A DNA stretch of 64,000 bases, taken from assembly GCA_902802365.1 (NCBI GenBank), contig CADCLZ010000001.1:11393-75392 (forward strand), in the 5' to 3' direction. Under the pieces are notes generated by a model. It was not told the origin of the DNA. It saw only the letters and a list, made by a program, of their open reading frames with translations, and searched no databases. The translations under genes and the position numbers were made by a program. Shown here one piece after another: positions 1 to 9,134 of this stretch. The stretch comes from an uncultured Erysipelotrichaceae bacterium. Lineage in GTDB: Bacteria > Bacillota_I > Bacilli_A > RFN20 > CAG-826. The stretch's first letter is position 1. Every line of letters starts with the position of its first letter.

Positions 1-1
1 C

Positions 2-259
2 TTTGGGCCTTTGTTTTACTTCATCGCCTTTTTATGCCCGATCCTCCCCTTATTCATCAAACCGCTTGGCTTTTCTTGGAAGGACTCCCTCTTGTTGCTT
101 GGGCTGGATTTGGCCACCTTGGTTTTGGTCAGTTTCCTTCCTCCCAACATCCACGATGGGTCGCATGCTTTATATTTCGCCCTGCCAGGAATCCTGTCCC
201 TTTTCTATTTCCTCCTTCGGCCATATGTGGCTTTAAAACCAAAAGAGAAAAGCTCTTAA
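2..259 (+). CDS. 3' end of a hydrophobic membrane protein; start lies upstream of the window
   Basis: Open frame 2 runs into the window and stops at 257-259. It encodes a hydrophobic tail (FIAFLCPILPLFIKPLGF...LATLVLVSFL). No family recognised. Confidence 0.3.
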   Translation, partial: FGPLFYFIAFLCPILPLFIKPLGFSWKDSLLLLGLDLATLVLVSFLPPNIHDGSHALYFALPGILSLFYFLLRPYVALKPKEKSS

Positions 260-266
260 GAAAGAT

Positions 267-298
267 AAACTCCGTTTTAACGGAGTTTTTCTTTTTTC
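267..298 (+). terminator. Rho-independent terminator
   Basis: Perfect hairpin AACTCCG-TTTTAA-CGGAGTT followed by TTTCTTTTTTC. Confidence 0.7.
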
Positions 299-302
299 AA
301 AG

Positions 303-367
303 GAAAAAGTCACCCCGAATTTTCCGAAATTCTACAAAAAGTCGCGCCGAATTTTCCGAAATTCCAT
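303..367. repeat. Two and a half imperfect tandem copies of an AAAAGTC-N-C-N-CCGAATTTTCCGAAATTC motif
   Basis: AAAAGTCACCCCGAATTTTCCGAAATTCTAC / AAAAAGTCGCGCCGAATTTTCCGAAATTCCAT / AAAAACTCCCCTCGTTTTTTCCGAAAATG. Same core as the repeat at 2352-2470. Confidence 0.5.
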
Positions 368-426
368 AAAAACTCCCCTCGTTTTTTCCGAAAATGCTAT
401 ATTATATGATCAAGAAGGGAACCACG

Positions 427-1794
427 ATGGAACTGCGAAGGCACATAGATGGATGGTTGGATGCTTGGAGAAGGCGTCCTAATCGCAAACCGGTTTTGGT
501 GAAAGGAATCCGCCAATCCGGCAAAACCCACTCGATTCTTTCTTTCGCCAAAAAGAACTACCAAACCATCGTTTATCTCAATTTCTGGGACGCCCCTGAT
601 TTGGTGGATGCTTTCGCGGGTGAATTGGACGTCTCCTCCATCATCAAGGAGCTTTCGGTGAAACTGCCCTTGCCAGAATTGGCAAAGGGTTCCACGGTCT
701 TCATTTATGATGAAGTCCAAGAATGCCCTCGGGCGTTGCTTTCTTTGAAAAGCGCAGGAGTAGACTCCGGCTATGACTTCATCGCTTCCGGCTCTTATTT
801 GGGCATCCGCGGATATGTGGTGTCCGACGATACCCCAAAGCCGGTCGGCAGCGTGGAAGAATTCGACATGCGAACCCTCGATTTTGAGGAGTTTCTTTGG
901 GCAAAAGGATACCAAAAAGAGCAAGTTTCGTATCTGAAAGAAGCGTTCCTTTCCCAAACGCCTCTTTCCAAATCGATGCACGATGCTTTCACTTCTTTGT
1001 TCCGCGAATATCTTTGCATCGGCGGCTTTCCTGAAGCCGTCAGTATTTATATGGAAAGCGGAAACATCCAAACCGCTTTGCAAACCGTTCGTCGGATCAC
1101 CAATGACTTGCAAGACGATTTCGGACGGAGGAGAGGTAAGGACAACCGCCCGCTTTTCAAGCCCAATGAAGTGGCGAGGATTCGCAGCGCTTTCTCTTTG
1201 ATCCCTTCTTTTTTAGCCAAAGAGAACAAACGCTACATCGTCTCCAAAATCGAGGGGCGGGGAGCCAAGGACGCCGGAAAAGACGCAATTTCCTATTTGA
1301 TCGATGCCGACGTCGCCACGAAAGCATATAACCTGGAAACGCCCTCCATTCCTTTGTCCGTCAATCTGATCGCAAGCCAATATAAGCTTTATCCCGCTGA
1401 CATCGGCATGCTGGTCGGCATGTTGGAAGATGGGACGACAAACGCCATTCTCTCCGGCCAACTGGGCATGTCCAAAGGGATGCTTTATGAAGCTTTGGTC
1501 GCGGATGCTTTATATAAAAGAGGAGGCAGGCTTTTCTATTTTTCCAAAGAAGGGAAATTAGAGCTCGATTTCCTCATCAATTTCAAGGGTGAGGCCGCCA
1601 TCCTTGAGGTCAAAGCCGTCAGTGGCAATGCTAAAAGCGCGAAAACGGTCCTAAAGCATCCGGAGCATTATGGAAAGACGCGGCTTATTCAAATCAAGGA
1701 CGCGAACATCGGATATGCCAATGATGTGCTGACCATCCCGCATTATATGGCCCATTTGCTTTTTGATTGGTCCCCCACTTTGCCGCTGGATTAA
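427..1794 (+). CDS. AAA+ ATPase of the AAA_14/DUF4143 (COG1373-like) family
   Basis: Walker A GIRQSGKTHSIL. Walker-B-like VFIYDEVQ. Long C-terminal region typical of DUF4143 proteins. Start chosen at ATG 427 (MELRRH), which has GAAGGGAA 8 nt upstream. The 394 ATG lies inside a TATATTATAT -10-like box. Confidence 0.75.
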   Translation: MELRRHIDGWLDAWRRRPNRKPVLVKGIRQSGKTHSILSFAKKNYQTIVYLNFWDAPDLVDAFAGELDVSSIIKELSVKLPLPELAKGSTVFIYDEVQECPRALLSLKSAGVDSGYDFIASGSYLGIRGYVVSDDTPKPVGSVEEFDMRTLDFEEFLWAKGYQKEQVSYLKEAFLSQTPLSKSMHDAFTSLFREYLCIGGFPEAVSIYMESGNIQTALQTVRRITNDLQDDFGRRRGKDNRPLFKPNEVARIRSAFSLIPSFLAKENKRYIVSKIEGRGAKDAGKDAISYLIDADVATKAYNLETPSIPLSVNLIASQYKLYPADIGMLVGMLEDGTTNAILSGQLGMSKGMLYEALVADALYKRGGRLFYFSKEGKLELDFLINFKGEAAILEVKAVSGNAKSAKTVLKHPEHYGKTRLIQIKDANIGYANDVLTIPHYMAHLLFDWSPTLPLD

Positions 1795-1797
1795 AGT

Positions 1798-2295
1798 ATG
1801 AACAAAGCCAAAACGGCTCATCACGAATTCCCTCCTTGCCATAACCAAGATTCCGCGATTTTGATCTTGGGTTCTTTCCCATCGGTGAAATCCCGGGAAA
1901 TGGGTTTTTATTACGGTCATCCGCAGAATCGCTTCTGGAAAATATTGGAAGCCATTTTCTTAGAAGCGGTTCCAAAGGATGCCCAAGGAAGAAAAGAATA
2001 TGCCTTAAGGCATCATCTTGCCCTTTATGATTCTTTGGAATCTTGCAGGATCAAAGGAAGCGAAGACGCTTCCATTGAAGAAGAGGTTCCCACCGATTTA
2101 AGCCCCATCCTTCAAAAAGCGAAGATCCGAAAAATATTATTGAATGGGAAGAAGGCCGCGGAGGCCTTCTGCCGTTATCAAAAAGTTGATGAACAAATCC
2201 AAATCATTACGCTTCCTTCCACCTCCAGCGCGAACGCTTCTTGGAGTTTGAAAAAACTGATTGAAGTTTGGCAAAAGGCAATCCAAGGAGATTAA
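1798..2295 (+). CDS. Uracil-DNA-glycosylase-superfamily protein (DNA-deoxyinosine/hypoxanthine glycosylase-like)
   Basis: 165 aa with ILILGSFPSVKS...YYGHPQNRFW motifs typical of small UDG-family glycosylases. Confidence 0.5.
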   Translation: MNKAKTAHHEFPPCHNQDSAILILGSFPSVKSREMGFYYGHPQNRFWKILEAIFLEAVPKDAQGRKEYALRHHLALYDSLESCRIKGSEDASIEEEVPTDLSPILQKAKIRKILLNGKKAAEAFCRYQKVDEQIQIITLPSTSSANASWSLKKLIEVWQKAIQGD

Positions 2296-2351
2296 TCGCA
2301 AAAATGCTGTATTTAACTGATTTTTATCTTTTTGAATGGTTCTCAAAAAGG

Positions 2352-2470
2352 AAAAGTCGCTCCGAATTTAGTAAGAAATGCATAAAAAGTCGCTCCGAAT
2401 TTAGTAAGAAATGGTCCAAAAGTCGCTCCGAATTTAGTAAGAAATGGTCCAAAAGTCGCTCCGAATTTAG
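2352..2470. repeat. Tandem repeat, about 33 bp x 3.6 (AAAAGTCGCTCCGAATTTAGTAAGAAATGGTCC)
   Basis: Three full units and one partial unit, near-identical. This creates the artefactual ORF 2268..2516 (SRSEFSKKWSK repeats). No spacers, so not CRISPR. Confidence 0.85.
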
Positions 2471-2819
2471 ATTGGAGAAGCCCATCCAAAGGAAAAAGAA
2501 AGGCTGTTTGTTTTGAACAAACACGAAAAATTGCCATTTTTGGATGCTGCAGGTGTGTTTTTATCCCAATGGTCGATTCATAAGGCCGTTGGTTGGTTTT
2601 ACTCTGACTTTGTCGGCTTATTTTTATTCCACACTTTTACACCGCTTTTTAACACGCTTTTTAACACGCTCATGCAAAAAGTCCGTATTTATCGGAAGAA
2701 AACGAAAACCCATTCAGCAAATGAATGATCCGTTTTATCAATGATGACGATTGTTTGTTTTTGCCTCCATTCCCAAAAATGGCAACGATTTGCAAAATTT
2801 TGGATGGATGTCATTCCCG

Positions 2820-2848
2820 CGCTTAAGCGCCTAGGTTTTTTCTAATTC
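2820..2848 (+). terminator. Weak palindromic terminator-like element
   Basis: GCGCTTAAGCGC palindrome followed by CTAGGTTTTTTCT. Confidence 0.3.
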
Positions 2849-2860
2849 TTTGAGGCTAAC

Positions 2861-3892
2861 TCAATCTCTATTCTCGTAATTGGCTTTCAGCCATTCTTGC
2901 TCGGATTCGATGCATTCAGCCAGCCACTTCTTGCCTAGGTCGGATTGATACCAGGCGATGGTCTTCTTGATGCCGACTTCAAAGCGAGTGATGGGATCCC
3001 AATCCAATTCGACATTCGCCTTATGGGGATCGATCGCATATCTTTGGTCGTGGCCATGCCGGTCGGCGACATAGCTGATGAGCTCTTCGCCCTTTCCTAA
3101 TTCCTTGAGGATGATCTTCACGATGTCGATATTGGCTTTTTCATTATGGCCGCCTAAGTTATAGACCTCCCCCACTTTTCCTTTTTCCAGGACGGCGAGG
3201 ATTCCGCGGCAATGGTCTTCGACATAAAGCCAATCTCTGACATTCAATCCTTGCCCATAAACGGGAAGTTTCTCGTTATTGGTCGCTTTGGCGATCATCA
3301 AAGGAATCAGTTTCTCCGGGAATTGATAAGGACCATAGTTATTGGAACATCTCGATACCGTCACCGGGAGCCCATAGGTCCTATGATATGCCAAGGCAAG
3401 TAGATCGGCGGATGCTTTGGAAGTGCTATAGGGGCTGGAGGTATGAATTGGGGTCGATTCAGTGAAGAAAAGATCTTTCCGATCCAAAGGAAGATCGCCA
3501 TAGACTTCATCCGTCCCGACTTGATGATATCTTTCCACCCCGTATTTGCGGGAGCAATCCATCAAGACGGCGGTGCCCAGAATATTCGTTTCTAAGAAGA
3601 TAGTCGGATTCTTGATGGAACGGTCGACATGGCTCTCCGCGGCGAAGTTGACCACGATGTTGGGTCTTTCTTTGGCGAAGATCTCATCCATCTTCTTGCG
3701 GTCACGGATATCTTCTTTATAGAAAACGTAATTGGGGTTCTTCAATTCTTCATCGATCGTATGCGGGTTTGCGGCGTATGTGCAGACGTCGATGTTGATG
3801 ACTTTCCATTCGGGCCTTTCCTGCAAAAGCAATTTGCAGAAGCAATTCCCGATGAAGCCGGTGCCCCCGGTGACCAATATCGTTTTCTTCAT
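2861..3892 (-). CDS. rfbB: dTDP-glucose 4,6-dehydratase
   Basis: ILVTGGTGFIGNCF Rossmann motif. YHQVGTDEVYGDL and the remainder collinear with RmlB/RfbB. Confidence 0.9.
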   Translation of the reverse strand: MKKTILVTGGTGFIGNCFCKLLLQERPEWKVINIDVCTYAANPHTIDEELKNPNYVFYKEDIRDRKKMDEIFAKERPNIVVNFAAESHVDRSIKNPTIFLETNILGTAVLMDCSRKYGVERYHQVGTDEVYGDLPLDRKDLFFTESTPIHTSSPYSTSKASADLLALAYHRTYGLPVTVSRCSNNYGPYQFPEKLIPLMIAKATNNEKLPVYGQGLNVRDWLYVEDHCRGILAVLEKGKVGEVYNLGGHNEKANIDIVKIILKELGKGEELISYVADRHGHDQRYAIDPHKANVELDWDPITRFEVGIKKTIAWYQSDLGKKWLAECIESEQEWLKANYENRD

Positions 3893-4185
3893 AGAAGATC
3901 CTCCGTTTTACGAAGATGGGTTTCCTCCCATCGACAGGACGATAAAAATATACCATAGAAAGAGGTTTCTTTAGAAAAGCAAAAAGGGCTCATGCCTTTT
4001 GTGAAAGCGATTTGAGAGAAAATAAGAACAAGACCATTTTATCAAGAGAGGAACCTTTCACGATGCGCGAAATCTGAAAATCCGGGTAATTTCGGCTTTT
4101 CTAACAAAAGCTAGGCGACCTTTGATTTGAACTTTTCCAACAAAGGTTATTGGCCGCCTAAGAAGGGCCGCGGAATCGCCTTGAT

Positions 4186-4218
4186 AGGGCTTTAAAAGGC
4201 GAAGGAATTAGGTATAAT
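4186..4218 (+). promoter_or_regulatory. Putative sigma-70-type promoter for the rightward polysaccharide operon
   Basis: TTTAAA - 16/17 nt - extended GGTATAATGG about 70 nt upstream of ATG 4288. Divergent from rfbB. Confidence 0.35.
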
Positions 4219-4287
4219 GGCTTTGCCACCCCAGAAAAAGTTGCATCTTTCCTGTTAGGAAACATTAACTTCAGGCATGGCCTAAGC

Positions 4288-6093
4288 ATGAATAAAAAAG
4301 AACCGGCGGCGTCGGCTCCGTTACGGATGGAGCAAAAAGACAAGAACGCGTCCTCGTCTGGCGGAGTTTCCCTCCGTTCGGCCTTCAAAGCAAAGCTCCA
4401 AGAAATCGGGGATCTTTTCCGTTTGCCTGGGGAAGTGGTTTCTTATAAAGAGCTGAAGGATTCCCCTTACTCCATCACCTATAAGGTGGTTTATGACACG
4501 AAGAAAATCTATGTCTTCCAAAACTTCACCGCCAAATTCGGCGCGAACGTGGAAGACATCATGTATAACGCCGAATTGGTGACGGAGCATTTGCGGGGAA
4601 AGCATCTTTCCTCCCTCCATTTCCATCACACCAATTTCCGGGAAAACTTCATTCAGGATGCCAGTGGCGACAATTGGCGGGTCTCCAATTATTTCGATTC
4701 AAAAGAATACGAACAGGCCGACGACCTCGATTTCGCTGAACAAATCGGTCGGGCCGTCGCCAGCTTCCAGCTTTCTTTCTTAGACTTCGATCCTACCGCC
4801 CTCCGCAACATCCTTCCCGATTATCACAATACGAGAAAATTGATCGAAGAAGCCAAAGAAGAAGGCGAAATCACCGAATACCTAAAAGAATCGATGGAGG
4901 ATGCCTGCGCCTTCCAACCGAAAGAACTCCCCATCCGCGTCACCCATAACAACACCAAAATCAACCATTTCCTCTTCGACCAAAACAATGAGCCATTGGC
5001 TTTGATCAGCTTGGATCTGGTGATGCCGGCGACCGGCTTATATGACCTCGCCCACGCGGCCAATGAAGCCTGCATCGACAAAGATGGTTCTTTGAACCTC
5101 TCCAAACTGAAGGCTTATTTGGAAGGCTATCTTAGGGTGGCGAGGTCTTTCTTAAGCCAAGAAGAGATCAAGGACATCCCCCAAGCGTTATTCACTTCGG
5201 CGATTGAGTCCATCGCGGTTGCTTGCCGGCAATACCATGATTCCGGCATGACAAGAAAATTGGAAAAGGCCAAGCGGTTCGTCATTTTGTCCAAAGACAT
5301 CAAAAACAATCAGGAAGCGATCAAGGGATTGATTGAAGATGCCTTGAAGGCCCCGGCGAAGAAAACCGGGATGACCCTCAATGGCTTCCGGCGCGACATC
5401 ATCGCTTCCAAAGACTGGTACGACTATGAAATCGGCGAATATATGGGCATCGCCCTTCCCCATAAGATCAAGCCAAAAGGCGGGAAATTCTATGCTTTCG
5501 GCAAACGGGCTTTCGATATCTTCGCTTCTTTGATGGCGATCATCATTCTGGCTTTGCCGATGCTGATCATCGGCTTGATCGTTGTCTGCACCTCCAAAGG
5601 ATCTGCGTTCTACTTCTCCAAACGAGTTGGCAAAAACGGGAAGATCTTCAACTTCTACAAGTTCCGTTCCATGTATAAGGATGCGGACAAACGCTTGGAT
5701 GAACTCCTTGCCAAGAACGAAGTCGAAGGCGGGGTCATCTTCAAGATCAAAGACGATCCAAGGATCACCCCGTTTGGCAAATTCATCCGCAAAACATCTC
5801 TGGATGAGCTTCCTCAGTTCTTCAACGTCCTCAAGGGCGATATGTCTTTGATTGGCCCAAGGGTTGGCCTTCCTAGGGAGGTCAAAGAATATCCGGAAGA
5901 AGCCTTGGACCGTTTGTTGGTCCCCCAAGGCTTATCCGGCGAATGGCAGGTCAACGGCAGAAGCACCACCACCTTCAACCAAATGGTGGAGATGGATTTG
6001 GATTATATCCAAAATAAGCGCGGCTTTTGGTATGATATCAAATTGATGTTCAAGACGATCGCGGTTGTCTTCAAAGGGAAAGGCGCGGAATGA
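4288..6093 (+). CDS. Fusion protein: N-terminal phosphotransferase (APH/kinase-like) domain + C-terminal polyprenyl-phosphate sugar phosphotransferase (Bac_transf)
   Basis: C-terminus: KRAFDIFASL...single TM...DELPQFFNVLKGDMSLIGPR, the hallmark of WbaP/PglC-type initiating transferases. N-terminal ~380 aa contain RVTHNNTKINHFLFD...ISLDLVMPATGLYDLA, resembling the HxDxxxxN...D catalytic loop of APH/choline-kinase-like enzymes. Exact start uncertain (4288 or 4327). Confidence 0.75.
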   Translation: MNKKEPAASAPLRMEQKDKNASSSGGVSLRSAFKAKLQEIGDLFRLPGEVVSYKELKDSPYSITYKVVYDTKKIYVFQNFTAKFGANVEDIMYNAELVTEHLRGKHLSSLHFHHTNFRENFIQDASGDNWRVSNYFDSKEYEQADDLDFAEQIGRAVASFQLSFLDFDPTALRNILPDYHNTRKLIEEAKEEGEITEYLKESMEDACAFQPKELPIRVTHNNTKINHFLFDQNNEPLALISLDLVMPATGLYDLAHAANEACIDKDGSLNLSKLKAYLEGYLRVARSFLSQEEIKDIPQALFTSAIESIAVACRQYHDSGMTRKLEKAKRFVILSKDIKNNQEAIKGLIEDALKAPAKKTGMTLNGFRRDIIASKDWYDYEIGEYMGIALPHKIKPKGGKFYAFGKRAFDIFASLMAIIILALPMLIIGLIVVCTSKGSAFYFSKRVGKNGKIFNFYKFRSMYKDADKRLDELLAKNEVEGGVIFKIKDDPRITPFGKFIRKTSLDELPQFFNVLKGDMSLIGPRVGLPREVKEYPEEALDRLLVPQGLSGEWQVNGRSTTTFNQMVEMDLDYIQNKRGFWYDIKLMFKTIAVVFKGKGAE

Positions 6094-7109
6094 TTATTAC
6101 CAAAACACCGTTCAGAATGAGTTTTTTTGGGGGCGGGACTGACATGCCCCAGTATTTCCAAAGGCCCGGAAAAAGAGGCGCGGTCATTTCTTCCTCTTTT
6201 GATAAATACGTTTATGTAACCGTGCGCCATCTTCCTCGCTTCTTTAATCACACTACCGAGCTTTTCTATTCCAAAATCGAAAAAGTCAGTAAAATCGACG
6301 ATATCGAGCACCCGATGGTCCGAAATGCCATCAAGATGTTAGAGATGAAAGAACTTCACATCTCTTATGATGCTGACCTTCCTGCCAGAACTGGTTTAGG
6401 GACTTCCAGCACCTTTGCGGTTGGACTTCTAAATGCTTTTTATTGCCTAAAAGGTAAGTACGCATCCAAACAGCAACTGGCAAAAGATGCCATCTTTCTC
6501 GAAAGAGAACTCTGCCAAGAAGCGGGCGGTTGGCAAGATCAAATAGCCGCTTCTTATGGGGGCTTGAACCGCATCGATTTCGACGAAAGCGGCTTTAGAG
6601 TTACTCCAATCATTATCTCCAATGCGAGAAAACAGCAGCTTGAAGGCAACCTCTTGCTCTTTTTTACTGGATTCACCAGATTCTCTGCAGAAATTCAAAA
6701 GTCCACCACTGCAACGCTTGAAGAAAAAGACAAGCAATTCGAGATGATGCTGGAACTGGTTGATAAAGCCCAAGGTATTCTTCAGAACAAAGAGGCGGAT
6801 TTGGACGACTTCGGGAGATTGCTTGATCAAACTTGGAAGTTGAAACGGCAAACCGGCAAAGAAATCACCACCAACACCATTGATTCGCTTTATCAACAAG
6901 GAATCGAGGCGGGGGCTTTAGGAGGCAAACTCCTCGGTGCAGGCGGAGGCGGCTTTCTTCTTTTCTACGTCCCAAAGAAAAAACAAGCCTCGGTTCGGAA
7001 GGCTTTTAAGGACCTTCTTGAAGTTCCTTTCCGTTTCGAAAAGCAAGGCACTCGCGTGATTTACTACACACCAGAAGAATTTGACGTCGAATCCAGCAAG
7101 GAGGAATGA
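6090..7109 (+). CDS. hddA: GHMP-family sugar kinase, D-glycero-D-manno-heptose 7-phosphate kinase-like
   Basis: FFGGGTD and PARTGLGTSSTFAVGLL GHMP motifs. Start overlaps the upstream stop (ATGA). Sits beside gmhA and hddC/gmhB. Confidence 0.65.
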   Translation: MIITKTPFRMSFFGGGTDMPQYFQRPGKRGAVISSSFDKYVYVTVRHLPRFFNHTTELFYSKIEKVSKIDDIEHPMVRNAIKMLEMKELHISYDADLPARTGLGTSSTFAVGLLNAFYCLKGKYASKQQLAKDAIFLERELCQEAGGWQDQIAASYGGLNRIDFDESGFRVTPIIISNARKQQLEGNLLLFFTGFTRFSAEIQKSTTATLEEKDKQFEMMLELVDKAQGILQNKEADLDDFGRLLDQTWKLKRQTGKEITTNTIDSLYQQGIEAGALGGKLLGAGGGGFLLFYVPKKKQASVRKAFKDLLEVPFRFEKQGTRVIYYTPEEFDVESSKEE

Positions 7110-7113
7110 GGAT

Positions 7114-7761
7114 ATGAAGGAGCGTTCTAAAGCCTTTATCGACCAGCTAATATCCCGTTATCCGGAATTAGAGCCTTGCTATGCGGACATCGCCAAAGCC
7201 ACAGAGCTTATGATTGGGTCTTATTCCCAAGGCGGAAAGCTCCTCGTTTGCGGCAACGGCGGTTCTGCTGCCGATAGCGAACATATCGTTGGCGAACTTA
7301 TGAAAGGGTTTGTTTTGCCTCGCCATATTGAGGAAAAACTCGTCAATGCCCTTCGTGAATCCTGTCCGGAGGATGCGGATTATATAACGAAAAACCTACA
7401 GCGGGGATTGCCTGCCATCTCTTTGGTTTCGGAAGTCGGCCTTTCCACCGCTTTCAGCAACGATCAAGCGCCCGATTTGGCATTCGCTCAGCAGGTTTTG
7501 GGCTATGGCAAACCTGGGGATGTTCTCCTCGGCATTTCGACTTCGGGCAATTCCAAAAACGTTGTCTATGCCATTGAGGTTGCCAATGAAATAGGCATCC
7601 ACACCATTGGGCTTACCGGAGCCAAAGCAAGCAAAGTCTCTGAACTTGCCGAAATTACGATCAAAGCCACCGAACAAGAAACCTTCAAAATCCAAGAAAA
7701 GCATCTGCCAATCTATCACGCGATTTGCTTGGCTTTAGAGAATGAATTCTTCGGAGATTGA
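7114..7761 (+). CDS. gmhA: Phosphoheptose (sedoheptulose-7-P) isomerase, SIS domain
   Basis: GGKLLVCGNGGSAADSEH and GISTSGNSKNV SIS motifs. AAGGAGG 9 nt upstream of ATG 7114. The longer ORF from 7081 overlaps hddA. Confidence 0.85.
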   Translation: MKERSKAFIDQLISRYPELEPCYADIAKATELMIGSYSQGGKLLVCGNGGSAADSEHIVGELMKGFVLPRHIEEKLVNALRESCPEDADYITKNLQRGLPAISLVSEVGLSTAFSNDQAPDLAFAQQVLGYGKPGDVLLGISTSGNSKNVVYAIEVANEIGIHTIGLTGAKASKVSELAEITIKATEQETFKIQEKHLPIYHAICLALENEFFGD

Positions 7762-9050
7762 AGATGGTTACCGTCATTATGGCCGGCGGCAAGGGAACCC
7801 GGCTAGGAGGCATAACTCGGCAAATTCCAAAGCCCTTAGTTCCAATTAATGGCGTTCCAATTTTAGAACGCGAAATCGACTGCTTAAGAGATCAAGGGTT
7901 TACAGATATCATTCTAACCGTTTCTTATAAAGCGGATGCGATCATCGAATATTTTGGGGATGGATCAAAGATATCGCCTGTCAGCAACAAGCCTTTTGGG
8001 GTAAAGATCTCTTATTTCGTTGAAGAAGAGCCGCTCGGTAATGCGGGGGCATTATTTAGGATCAAAGACCAATTATCGGATGATTTCTTACTGCTCAACG
8101 CTGATTCGCTTTTTGATATCGACTTCAACCGCTTTGTTGGCTATCACAAAGAAAAAGGAGGATTGGCGACTTTATTCACGCACCCAAACTCCCATCCCTA
8201 TGATTCCGGATTGATCGTTGCCGACAAAGAACATAGGCTCATTCGCTGGCTTTCTAAAGAAGACGAAAGGCCGGCTTGGTATAAAAACAGAGTCAACGCT
8301 GGACTCCACATACTAAATAAAAAAATTCTGGATGTCCAAATTGACACTCCAAAAATCGATTTGGACCGTCAACTCCTTAAACCTTTACAAGGAAGTGGGC
8401 TCATTTATTGTTATGATTCTCCAGAATATGTTAAAGACATGGGCACGCCGGAACGCTTCCATCAAGTAGAAGAGGACCTTAAAAAGGGCATACCTTCTGC
8501 GAAAAACCTGAAGCACAAACAGAAGGCCGTTTTTCTTGACCGGGATGGCACGATTAATAAATTTGTTGGCTTTTTAAGAGATGTCGATCAATTTGAACTG
8601 CTCCCCGGAGTGGCAGATGCGGTCAAACTAATTAACCACTCCGGCTATTTAGTAATTGTAGTCACCAATCAGCCCGTCATCGCTAGGGGCGAGGTGACTT
8701 TCGAAGGATTAGATGATATTCATAACAAAATGGAAACCTTGCTTGGAGAAGAAGGGGCATATCTTGATGCAATTTATTTCTGCCCCCACCATCCGGATAG
8801 CGGGTTTGCTGGAGAGGTCGAAAACCTAAAGATCGATTGCAGTTGCAGGAAGCCAAAGCCAGGCATGTTTCTTCAAGCGGCGAAGGATTTTAATATAGAC
8901 TTATCAGAGTCTTATATGATTGGAGACAGCGAAAACGATGTTAAGGCAGGTCAAAACGCCGGTTGCAAATTGTCGCTCTTAGTTAAAGACAATTTGGCAA
9001 AAACAGTAACTGCTGTTTGGAGCAAAGCTACGGCTCATCTTAACCAGTAA
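7758..9050 (+). CDS. Bifunctional D-glycero-D-manno-heptose 1-phosphate nucleotidyltransferase (HddC-like) / D,D-heptose 1,7-bisphosphate phosphatase (GmhB, HAD)
   Basis: N-terminus: VIMAGGKGTRLGGITRQIPKPLVPING (NTP-transferase). C-terminus: KAVFLDRDGTIN...VVTNQP...CSCRKPKPGM...GDSENDV (GmhB HAD motifs I-IV, Cys-rich loop). Confidence 0.8.
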   Translation: MKMVTVIMAGGKGTRLGGITRQIPKPLVPINGVPILEREIDCLRDQGFTDIILTVSYKADAIIEYFGDGSKISPVSNKPFGVKISYFVEEEPLGNAGALFRIKDQLSDDFLLLNADSLFDIDFNRFVGYHKEKGGLATLFTHPNSHPYDSGLIVADKEHRLIRWLSKEDERPAWYKNRVNAGLHILNKKILDVQIDTPKIDLDRQLLKPLQGSGLIYCYDSPEYVKDMGTPERFHQVEEDLKKGIPSAKNLKHKQKAVFLDRDGTINKFVGFLRDVDQFELLPGVADAVKLINHSGYLVIVVTNQPVIARGEVTFEGLDDIHNKMETLLGEEGAYLDAIYFCPHHPDSGFAGEVENLKIDCSCRKPKPGMFLQAAKDFNIDLSESYMIGDSENDVKAGQNAGCKLSLLVKDNLAKTVTAVWSKATAHLNQ

Positions 9051-9134
9051 TGGTTTTCTTTTTAATTTATTTATAAAAAACACCGCCGGTCTAATGTGGA
9101 CCCCGTGTCAAGGACGCTTTAAAAACTGAGTAGT

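Noticed and set aside
397-1113. 238-aa minus-strand ORF
   Set aside because: Antisense to the AAA+ ATPase gene. No motifs.
2352-2470. Possible CRISPR array
   Set aside because: Units are contiguous with no unique spacers, and there are only about 3.6 copies. It is a tandem repeat.
2268-2516. 82-aa ORF with repeated SRSEFSKKWSK peptide
   Set aside because: Produced entirely by the 33-bp tandem repeat. It is not a gene.
5188-5928. 246-aa minus-strand ORF
   Set aside because: Antisense within the sugar-transferase fusion gene.
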